NCBI RefSeq assembly: GCF_016433145.1
Contig: NC_058135.1
Coordinates: 288,185,810-288,249,809, forward strand
DNA length: 64,000 bases
DNA from: Gracilinanus agilis
Lineage: Eukaryota
Direction of reading: 5' to 3'
Shown: piece after piece, positions 11,630 through 27,083 of the stretch
Layout of the letters: each line of letters begins with the position of its first letter
How positions within the stretch are numbered: position 1 is the first letter of the stretch
Program-made: the position numbers and the translations under genes
The notes under the pieces: model-generated
Databases searched by the model: none
Told to the model about the DNA's origin: nothing
What the model saw: the letters and a program-made list of their open reading frames with translations, nothing else

Positions 11630-14600
11630 ATGGCTCAAAAGCAGACTGCCCCGAGCCCGGCCGAACTTGAGTTTGGGGGGCCCCTGGGTGAGCACTGGAC
11701 TAGCTTGGGGAGCAGGACAGGGCTCTGCGGGTGCAGTTTGGTGTGTGTGTGGAGGATCCCGGGCTAGGAGGGGGACCAGCTAATAGGGGTGGGTGATCAC
11801 CTGGGGAGGGCAAGATTTCGGCAGTTGGAGTTTGGGGGGCACCCAGGTACCAGCGGGGTCCTGCAGCTGGAATTTGGGAGGGGGCAGGAGGGTCTCCGGG
11901 GAAGGTCAGCTGACAGGGGCGGGCGGAGCTCTTGGGCAGGCCAAGATTTCTTCAGCTGGAGTTTAGGGGGTCCTGGGTAAGGCCTGCCTGGCCAAATGTC
12001 TAAAGCTGCTTTTAAAGCCTATTTCCTATCACGAGCAGGAGGGGGACCTCTGAGCCCCAGGCAAGGCTTCCAGAACTCTTGCCTTCTTCCCCCAGGGACC
12101 GCTGCCCTGATGCTGCTGCTTCCTCTCACCCTCTTCCACCTGCTCCTCACCTGCCACTCGGGGCCCTGTAGCCTGCTGAGTCTGCCCTCTGAGCTGCCCC
12201 CGATCTCTGCCTTCTGGAGTTCCGGGGCTCTGCTGCTGCTGCTGTTCTGGCTGGGGTTCCAGGCCACGCTGTACCTGCTGCCCATGGGCAAGGTGAGGGG
12301 CAGAACTCGGGAGGGACGGGCTCAGGCCAGATGGGAAGCGGGGAGCCAGGGGCCTCAGAGCCACTTTCTGTCATCTGCAGGTGACCGAGGGCAGGATGCT
12401 GAGAGACAAGAGCCACCTGCAGTATCCACTTAATGGTGCCAGCCCTTCTCCTGACTCTGTGCTAGGGAAAGGGGGTTGGGGGGATGGCAGGCCCCTGTAA
12501 GGTGGGCTTCTACTAGACCAGGAGGGGAAACTGATCCTTGGGAAGTGGCCCGAACCCCAGCGAGTCTCAGACCCCGCATCTCACCTCTCATTCAGCCTTA
12601 GGTACCCGAGGGCAGTGGAGAGGCAGGTCTTGGGGACTCCAGCAGGGCCCTGGCTTTTGGTGGGTGGGGAGCTGGATCCAAGCTTGCTGAGCAGCCAGAC
12701 TTTCTCTTCTAGGGTTCCGGTGCCTGGGGCTGACAGCCCTGCTGGTGGGACTGGGGCTGGCTGGGGGCCTGCCCTTTGGGAACCTCTCAGAGATGCTCCT
12801 GCCACTGGCTTCAGCAGCCACAGTTATAGCCTTCTTCCTCAGCCTCTTCCTCTACCTCAAGTCCTTTACGGTGCCCCCCTCGGCCCTGGCCCCTGGGGGA
12901 AATTCAGGTGAGCCCGAAGTTGTTTCCAGGGAGACAAGGTGCACCCCCCCACATATGCATGTTTGTACAGCAGCCTTCCACCTCATCTGCTTGATCCCAC
13001 TTCTCTTTCCATTCCAGGGAACCCCATTTATGACTTCTTCCTTGGCCGAGAACTCAACCCTCGATTTGGATCCTTTGACCTCAAATATTTCTGTGAGCTG
13101 CGGCCAGGATTGATCGGTTGGGTAAGGGACAGCTCTGGGTCGGGAGGGCTGAGGAATTTTCGTTGGGGCAGCTAGTTGGTATAACAGATAAGAGTGCCAG
13201 GCCCCGAGTCAGGAAGACTCATCTTCCCGCATTCAAATCTGGCCTCAGACACTTCGTAGCTATGTGACCCTGGGTAAGTCACTTCACCCTGTTTGTCTCA
13301 GTTTCCTCATCTATAAAATGGGCTGGAGAAGGAAATGGCCAACCACTTTAGCATTTCTGCCAAGAAAACCCCAAATGGGGTCATGAATAGTCGGACACCC
13401 AGAAATGACTGAACAGGACAAATCTTCATTACCTGTTGTTCTCAGTGATCGTAAAGCTAATGACAAAATTGTGACAGGAACCACTGCCACATAGCCTTTG
13501 CTCTGACTTGGGTAAAGTTCCTTTATACAAAGGCCCAAGATTTGATTTGTGGGGGAGGAAAGTAAAGAGAAGTTAAGAGAGGAAGAAGTGGAGGTGGGGA
13601 ATGGAAGCGAGATACTGGCCAGAGAAAAGGAGATAAAGAAGCTGGTAAAAAGCAGTTCAGCATGGGACCAGCGGTCCTGTTCCCTTTAAAAAAAAAAAAA
13701 GGCAAATATTTACCTAGATCTATTCTGGGCCAGGCACTGTTTCAAGAGCTTTACACATATTCTCTCATTTGATTCTCACAACCACCCTGGGAGGTAGATG
13801 CTGTTATCATCCTTACTTCTTTTACAATTGAGGGAACTGAGGCAGATGAAAGTTGGTTGATTTGCCCAGGATCACACAGCTAATGTCTGAGGCCAGATCT
13901 GAACTCAGGCCTCCCCGACTCGGGGTCTTGGCTGCTAGATTCTTTCCTGATGCCCTCGGATCCTGCCCAGGTTGTCCGTTCCTAGCAGGTCTCCGGGGTC
14001 CACAGAAGTGTGGGCTGACTAGGACGGGGACGGCTCCAGCCCAAGCCGAGCCTGCCTTTTCTCTGTTCAGGCCTTGATCAACCTGGCTCTGCTGTTGCGG
14101 GAGGCTGAACGCCAGAGGGGTTGGCCTTCCTTGGCCATGGGGCTGGTCAGTGCTTTCCAGTTCATCTACGTGGCTGATGCTCTCTGGTATGAGGTGAGGA
14201 CAGTGGACACAAGGGCAGGTGGCATTCTGGGCCCTACGGGTAGGGAGTTAAGGGCAGAAAGAATCCAATAATAATATCAGTCAGCATTTATTAGGCACCT
14301 ACGCTGTGCAAGGCACCGTGCTTGGAGCTTTACACATTGTATCTCAATCTGTTCTCACAACTATGGGAGGTAGATGGGAGAGGAGTCTTGGGGAAGGGGA
14401 TGGGGGACGATGGGTTGTGAAGAGGGGTAGAGGGAGATGAGGCAATCGTCTTCTCAGGCTCTGATTACCACTCCTAACAGGAGGCAGTTCTTACCACTAT
14501 AGACATCATCCATGATGGCTTTGGGTTCATGTTGGCTTTTGGGGACCTGGTCTGGGTCCCCTTCATCTATAGTCTGCAAGCCCAGTTCCTTCTCAATCAT

Positions 14601-15534
14601 CCCCAGTCCTTGGAGTTGCCTGTGGCCGGGGCCATCTGTCTGCTAAAAGGTTAGTTCATGGGGAAGGGGCTGGAGGGATTGGAAGATCTGCTTCTAGTCC
14701 CAATTCTACTAACTGTGGGGCCTTGATTCAATGAACATTTGCAGAACTTTTCCCAACTCTGCCGTCCTGTAGTGGAGTTGGGGTTGGGGGAGGAGGCACG
14801 GAACAGGTGACAGGATGGTGGCGAGCTGGACCCGGAGCCAGGAAGATTCCTTTTCTTGCATTCAAATCTGGCCTTTCTTGCCTTGTCCTGTTTTCTTTCT
14901 CAATAGCGATCGGCTACTTCATCTTTCGTGGGGCCAACTCACAGAAAAATACCTTCCGGAGGAACCCTTCTGACCCCAGTGTGGCTGGTGAGCAGGGGGC
15001 TGGGGACACGAGGAGCGTGCCAGGGCAGCATGGGCTTTCTGCTGGTTTCACTGTGGGTTGCCATCCTCTCCAGGGCTTGAGACCATCCCCACAGCAACTG
15101 GGCGGCACTTGCTGGTATCAGGGTGGTGGGGCATGGTCCGTCATCCAAACTATCTTGGAGATCTCATCATGGCTCTGGCCTGGTCCCTGCCCTGTGGTGA
15201 GTTGGCTGTGATGGGAAGAAAGGTTGGGGGGCCTGGGATAAGGGTAAGATGGGCAAACAGGGTGGAGCCAATCTACTCCCTGGGGAAGGGAGCTGGACAG
15301 GGTTTGACAAGGACAGGAGAGTTCGACGGTGACCTCTGAGGGTGGGGTTGACTTGGACCCTCTTCTCTGGCAGGGGTGACACACCTCCTTCCCTACTTCT
15401 ACTTTTTCTACTTTGTCATCTTACTGGTGCACCGAGAGTACCGGGATGAGCGCCAGTGCCTCCAGAAGTATGGCCTGGCTTGGCGGGAATACTGCAGGAG
15501 AGTGCCTTACCGCATAGTGCCCTACATCTACTGA
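11630..15534 (+). CDS. TM7SF2: Delta(14)-sterol reductase TM7SF2 (DHCR14), 421 aa
   Basis: Exons 11630-11687, 12096-12292, 12381-12435, 12713-12907, 13018-13121, 14071-14193, 14481-14649, 14907-14987, 15074-15196, 15374-15534; 1266 nt, phases consistent. Motifs [64 protein letters not shown] (ERG4/ERG24 family). Confidence 0.97.
13165..13435 (+). mobile_element. MAR1/MIR-like CORE-SINE in TM7SF2 intron 5
   Basis: TCAAATCTGGCCTCAGACAC...CAGTTTCCTCATCTATAAAATGGGCTGGAGAAGGAAATGGC..ACCACT...GCCAAGAAAACCCCAAATGGGGTCA. Confidence 0.8.
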
Positions 15535-15825
15535 GCCAGCCTGGCTGGCCATGACCAACGGATGAGCAGGGCTGGGGGGGCCCTGCGCTCAGCTCCCCAT
15601 TGTTGGAGCTTTCCTCCCTAGACTGATCAAGTGGTTCCAGCTCCAAGTTTAGGTGCAGATGGCACCTTCTCTTTCACTTCAGGCCCCTTGGGTGGCTGGA
15701 CATACTCTCCTATGACTATGAGGAGGGAAGGTGGCATGCAGGTGGGCACTCTGAATAGAGCTCTGATGGTTGAACCTGTCCTCAGCTTGGTGGTCATTCC
15801 GTCATACAGACCCTCCCCGCTCCCT

Positions 15826-15849
15826 CACACACACACACACACACACACA
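15826..15849 (+). repeat. (CA)n microsatellite between the TM7SF2 and ZNHIT2 3' ends
   Basis: ~12 perfect CA units. Confidence 0.95.
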
Positions 15850-15881
15850 ACCCGGGAGGCCAGGGTCAGTCTCAAGCTGGC

Positions 15882-15887
15882 TTTATT
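15882..15887 (-). terminator. ZNHIT2 polyadenylation signal
   Basis: TTTATT on + (AATAAA on -), 25 nt after the ZNHIT2 stop. Confidence 0.75.
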
Positions 15888-15911
15888 GGGGCAAGGCCTG
15901 GTGGGTTTCCT

Positions 15912-17048
15912 TCAGGCCAGCTCCTGTATCAGGGTCCTCGGGGCTGGGGGGCGCGGCCCTCCCCACAAACGCTCCAGCTCCCCACTCAGGGCTTCCACCT
16001 GGCCAGCTTCCTCCTCCTCAGCCCGGTACTCCTGGGCACAGTCCAGGGCCAGAGACATAAGCTCTTCCTCGTGCTCGTTGGTCCAGGACAGCAAGTACTG
16101 GCACTTCTTGCGGGCACGGTAGAGACGTTCCCGAAGCTGGCCCGCAGGCATGAGGTGGCGCGCATGCCCAAACGCACGCGCCAGGTGCCCCAGAGCAGCC
16201 AATGTGTAGCCCTTCTGCAGGCCAACCTGTGGACCTTCACCCAGCAGGATACGGGCAGCCTCTCGCATGGAGCCCCGAGTGCCCAGGGGCCCAGGTGGGT
16301 GCGCGCCCGCCCTCAGCGCATGGGCAGCTGCATGCAGAGCCTCACGTGTGGAGCGGAAGTTGTGGTGGGCGCCGAGCGCGCCGGCCACGCCCAGCACTGT
16401 GGAGCACAGGTCCAGCAGCATCTCCGGGTCATCGTCCAGACCACCGTGATAGAGGGCCTGCGCATGCGCGTAGGCAAAGAGCACGTTAGGCAGCTGAAAG
16501 CGCAGCAGGGGTGAAGGCGCGCGGCCGCCGCTTAGACGCGCCAGGGCGGGGATGGTGGCAGGCACGGGCGGCGGCGCGGCCACAGGCTCTGGCTCACCCT
16601 GGGTAGGCTCAGGTACAGACGCGGGCTCCGAAGCGCCGTCCTCGTGCAGCTCCTCCAGCAGCGGCGCCCGCGTCCCGCTGCGCCACCACCACGGCCGCCA
16701 GGGCGGGAGCAACTTTCCGGCCTCTCCTCGGCTCAAGAGTCGCTCAAAGGCTGCTTTTTCGGCGGGCTGCAACCGCTCCCACAGGCCGTCCAGGCCCTGG
16801 TGCTCCTCCGACGCTTCGGCCTCGCGCTGCTCTCGAAGGCGGCGCAGGGCGCCCGCCAAGCGGCTGGGCGAGGCCTTGCGGCCGCGGAGTTCGCCCAACA
16901 CCTGGTCTCGGTAGAAGGCCTCGGCACACGCCCCGTGAGCCCGGTAGCAGGCCAGCGAGCAGTAGGGCACATTGCAGCGAGGGCAGGTGTAGCGCGCCGG
17001 CTTCGCCTCGCCTGGGGGACACTGACCACACGGCCCCGCAGGCTCCAT
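15912..17048 (-). CDS. ZNHIT2: Zinc finger HIT domain-containing protein 2, 378 aa, intronless
   Basis: Single ORF MEPAGPCGQCP...RYTCPRCNVPYCSLACYRAHGACAEAFYRDQVL (zf-HIT); also RFQLPNVLFAYAH and ARKKCQYLLSWTNE. Position between TM7SF2 and FAU is syntenic. Confidence 0.97.
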   Translation of the reverse strand: MEPAGPCGQCPPGEAKPARYTCPRCNVPYCSLACYRAHGACAEAFYRDQVLGELRGRKASPSRLAGALRRLREQREAEASEEHQGLDGLWERLQPAEKAAFERLLSRGEAGKLLPPWRPWWWRSGTRAPLLEELHEDGASEPASVPEPTQGEPEPVAAPPPVPATIPALARLSGGRAPSPLLRFQLPNVLFAYAHAQALYHGGLDDDPEMLLDLCSTVLGVAGALGAHHNFRSTREALHAAAHALRAGAHPPGPLGTRGSMREAARILLGEGPQVGLQKGYTLAALGHLARAFGHARHLMPAGQLRERLYRARKKCQYLLSWTNEHEEELMSLALDCAQEYRAEEEEAGQVEALSGELERLWGGPRPPAPRTLIQELA

Positions 17049-17068
17049 GGCAACGGCCCTGGACGAGC

Positions 17069-17215
17069 CCGGAAGTGCTTCCCGCTGCTTTACACTCGAC
17101 CTCCGCGGAACTTCCGCCGGAGCCAGCGCCTAGTTCTGGTCGTGGGAGGCCCCGCCCCAGGGCTTCCGCTGCGCTCTGATTGGTTCTCGAAGCTTAGTGG
17201 GTGGGGGCGGGCCGG
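17069..17215 (-). promoter_or_regulatory. ZNHIT2 CpG-island promoter (ETS, CCAAT, GC boxes)
   Basis: CCGGAAGT 17069-17076, ACTTCCG ~17110, GATTGG 17178-17183, CCCGCCCC ~17151, GGGGGCGGG ~17203. Confidence 0.65.
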
Positions 17216-18292
17216 ATCGCTGGGTACTTGGAGAAGTGGATAGCTGCAGGGTCTAATCTTAGCCAAACCTCCACCAGAATACTCTCCAAGAATTCCCCGG
17301 CCCCGGGGCGGGACACGACTTTAGGAAAGAAGCCCCTCCGCTTTTGGGAGGCCCAGACTGTTCAAACTCTCCAACCTCTCGGGACCACCCCGGGCAATTC
17401 CAATCCCCCTCCCTTGTTCTCCCTCTTTTCCCCTCCCCCAAGGGGCTTTCCCGACTTCAAGTCTAGGATCTGAGAACGCAGCCGAAGCTCCTTCACTCCG
17501 GAGAGGAACTTGGTCAGGGTTGAGGTAGACCTGCAAATCCATTCTCCACTTTCCTGGCTTCACTCAGCTCTCGTTCAGCTAAGACTTAAGTTTGCGAATG
17601 CCCCGTTTCTTAGGGTTCTATTAGGTTCCTGTTGGAACTTACTGAGCGGCTGCCTGGCGTAGGGACACTCAAATGTTTCCAGGTCTTTGCCACCAAAAAA
17701 TATTTCTGCCCTTCTTGAAGTCCCGTGGATCCAGAGCTGAAGGACTCCAGGCGTGCTTTGGCTAAGGGAGAGGACAGTGGGACTTGCTGACTGCTCGTTG
17801 TGCTTCTACTAATAACAAGCTTTCTGGTGGCCATCCAGGTTTTATTGTGTGTGGAGCTCGTAGCCCATCCACTTTCAGTGTTAACAGCTCCCTTGCCCTA
17901 TTGCCCTTGCCAGTTTTTCTAAACCTGCATTAAGGGTTCCCTAAGGTCGCTTCTCCAAGGGACCTCCGTCTTTCTGTCCTGGCATTAGATTTGGATCCTT
18001 ATATACATAGGAAACCGTAGGATACTGGGCTGGCCTTTAGGTGCCATTTAACTCAACAAGATAAGCATTAGAAACTCAAATAACTCGGATTTGGGAGTCC
18101 AGCCCTCCTTCTACCAAGTATGGTTTAAATGGCGATGGCTCCCACTTTAACCAATGATTTACACTCTTTTCCATGGAAATGAAGGAACCCAACCAGTCCC
18201 AGCACAACTCTATACTACCGATGCTCCCATTTCCTTCTTGCTTTTAAGATCTTGTTTATGGTTTCAACTAATCTGTCAAAAATGAGTGTAGA

Positions 18293-18468
18293 GGGGCAGC
18301 TGGGTAGCTCAGTGGAATGAGAGCCAGGCCTAGAGACAGGAGGTCCTAGGTTCAAATCTGGCCTCAGACACTTCCCAGCTGTGTGACCCTAGGCAAGTCA
18401 CTTGACCCCCATTGCCCACCCTTGCCAATCTCCCACCTATAAGTCAATACACAGAAGTTAAGGGTTTA

Positions 18469-18500
<32 letters not shown>
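18293..18500 (+). mobile_element. Young SINE1_Mdo-like SINE
   Basis: Full-length with long poly(A); TSD GAGTGTAGA on both sides. Confidence 0.92.
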
Positions 18501-18502
<2 letters not shown>

Positions 18503-18727
18503 GTGTAGAATCAAAGGCATCAGGAAATAACTCCTCTGTAAGGATTTCATTGATTGGGAAATAGCAAAGAGAGGGAAGCTTCCTCCTAGCAAATACCTCA
18601 CCAGGGTAGATCTGCCCATTTATTCCATTATTATTATTAGCCAATTCCCTGGCTTTTCTACCCTCCTCCCAATGTCCCCCAGGGGGAAAAAAAACCAGCA
18701 AGAGTGTCTCAGTATAGTCGTAGGGGC

Positions 18728-18733
18728 TTTATT
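18728..18733 (-). terminator. FAU polyadenylation signal
   Basis: TTTATT on +, 19 nt after the FAU stop codon. Confidence 0.85.
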
Positions 18734-18751
18734 GTGGAAACTACCAGGGGA

Positions 18752-21122
<2,371 letters not shown>

Positions 21123-21364
21123 GGTGGCGACTGCAGGGAGACACAAGCGGCGGCTGAGAGCCGAGCCCCGGGACAGGCAGGGGCCAGCGGGGAGGCCCGG
21201 GGCCGGGGCGACAAAGAGGGGAGCGAGGCTTGGAGGAGGACTGGCCCAGGGGAAGCGAGAGGTCGGGCCGGAGGCCTGAAGCTGGCCCAGATGATGGCCC
21301 GGGAACCCAGGGCTGCCTCGTGCCTCGGCCTCCCCGCCGCCCCGATCCCGGGCCGCGCACTTAC

Positions 21365-21420
21365 CTCGGACACGCTCGTCCTGCTTCCGCCGCGGCGAAG
21401 ATGGAGACGAGAAAGAGAGG
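21365..21420 (-). other. FAU: FAU non-coding exon 1 with 5'TOP motif
   Basis: Minus strand begins CCTCTCTTTCTC (pyrimidine tract typical of ribosomal-protein mRNAs) and ends at a GAG|GTAAG donor at 21364. Confidence 0.8.
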
Positions 21421-21688
21421 CAGGGGCCGAGGGCGCGCACGTTCGTCCCAACACGCCGGGTGCGTGGTTACGCACACGGACGTCTACGTCCTCTTCAACC
21501 AATCGGAGCGGCGCACAGCCCAGCGGGAGGAAGTCGCTCGTTCGAGCTGGAGCTGACCCTAGGGAAGGGGAAGAGAGCAGAGGCGGGGTCGGCCTTCTCG
21601 TGTATCGGCGACTGCGCGAGGTGGGCAGGGGGCGGGGCTAGGGGAGAGGCGGAAGTTCCACCCCCTGCCCTGGAAGGGTAGTTGCGCT
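21421..21688. promoter_or_regulatory. FAU/MRPL49 bidirectional CpG-island promoter
   Basis: ~270 bp between head-to-head genes; CCAAT 21499-21503, GC boxes ~21582 and ~21630, CGGAAGT 21650-21656. Confidence 0.8.
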
Positions 21689-25581
<3,893 letters not shown>

Positions 25582-25954
25582 GGCTCTTCTGATGGCTCGC
25601 CACCATCCCCACAAGGGCCCCTGAGACAGACGGCCCCAGGGAATGCATTTCAGTGCCTGATGACTCCAAGGCCAGTGGGGCCCCTTTGTTTCAGCACCAG
25701 CAGCACCCCTGCTGCTCCCCGCTTGTGGCTGAACCCTATTAGTTCCCTCACTTCTCAGCTGGGAATCTTTGGGGATGGCAAAAGACAGCAGAGGCCTTGG
25801 CTGGGGGATGGACAGCCGCTTGGCCTCTGGCCTAGGAACAGTGATCAGATTGACCTGATCCGAGTGCCTTTGGCAAAGGGCAAAGATGACAGAACAGTAA
25901 GGGCCAGGGGGAGGGGCACCACGGCACGCCCTGGCACCAACTTTAATGCAAGTT

Positions 25955-25960
25955 TTTATT
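25955..25960 (-). terminator. SYVN1 polyadenylation signal
   Basis: TTTATT on + (AATAAA on -), with an additional ATTAAA on - at 25942-25947; ~1.1 kb after the SYVN1 stop. Confidence 0.7.
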
Positions 25961-25984
25961 TTGGCCGTATATACAATTGAAGCT

Positions 25985-26015
25985 ATTAAAATTTGTACAA
26001 TATTTACAAATTAAA
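25985..26015 (+). terminator. MRPL49 polyadenylation signals (ATTAAA x2)
   Basis: ATTAAA at 25985-25990 and 26010-26015; the first such signals I found after the MRPL49 stop. Confidence 0.55.
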
Positions 26016-27083
26016 TAATCTGAAACTGTCTCCAGCAACTTGTGTAACACACAAAACAAAGGGAACAAAGAAAAGGGGGAGCAGGGGGGAGGCAAGGCCT
26101 GCTCCTGGCTTGAGCCCCCCCTCCCTGCCGGGTGGCTGCTGCTGCTGCTTATATCTGAAACAAGCTGGGCTGGGGCTGAGCCCAAAGCCAGCAACAAGAA
26201 ATTCCCCTCCCCCCCAAGAAGTTTCAGAAAGCTGAGCTGCTTCCCCTCATGGGACTGTTTGGTTTAGAGACAGGCCTTGTCCTGGCCCAGCTTGGGGCTA
26301 AGAAAAGAGAGCTTTTGGCCATGGACGGACAATGGAGGCTCAGTCTTAAATACGCCAGAGGACCAGGGGCTTCCAGCATCTCAAGGAGCAGCATGGAGGG
26401 CCCCCCAGAGGTGCCCCCAGCCTTGCCCGGCCATGCCGAGCAGGCTGCCCCAGCCTAGCTGAGGCACTCAACTTTCCTGAGATGGGGTCACCTACAAGAC
26501 ACGGATGGGAGTGCGAAGGGACAAGGAGGTGCTACTGGTACTAGAAAGGGACCGCTGGAGGTAGGGGCCAATGAAGCCCAGCTCGCCTGGAGCCCCTCCT
26601 GGGAGCTAGAGCTAATACTGTTGGGAACAGGGGACGCTCCCTCTGCCCTGAGAGCTGGCCCTCTGCCAGCTCCTGAGGGAGTGTCTTCAGTGTCCACCCT
26701 CTTCCTGGGCCCCTGAATGGAGGACAGGAAACTGGCTTCTCAAAGACCTCACAGCCCCAACTCTGCCTGGAGTTAAGGGAGGCTGTGAGAGTTGGGTGAT
26801 GGGCCAGCAAAAAGACTGACCCACCAGGCCTCTAGTCCAGTCTAGGGGATGAGGAATCAGCCCAAGCCACATGATTTGGATTCGAGGGCTCCCAAGTGGT
26901 GTGAGTGGGGCTCAGGCCTTCCTTCCTTCCAGGAGAGGCCGCAGGAACTTCAAATTCTTTTCCAAAGCCTGGTGAGAGGGGAGACGGCACTTGGCAGTGG
27001 GAGGTGGGATCCACTTCTCACCCGAGCACGAGGGCACCACAGTCAAAACACAAGGTTGGGGAATGGGATGAGGCTGGGCAGTG

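Noticed and set aside
11338-11670. Out-of-frame uORF overlapping the TM7SF2 start
   Set aside because: Its ATG is adjacent to the CCAAT box and probably upstream of the TSS; this cannot be supported without TSS data.
18293-18400. tRNA-like A/B box sequences (here and in other SINE heads)
   Set aside because: These are tRNA-derived SINE 5' ends followed by CORE and poly(A), not tRNA genes.
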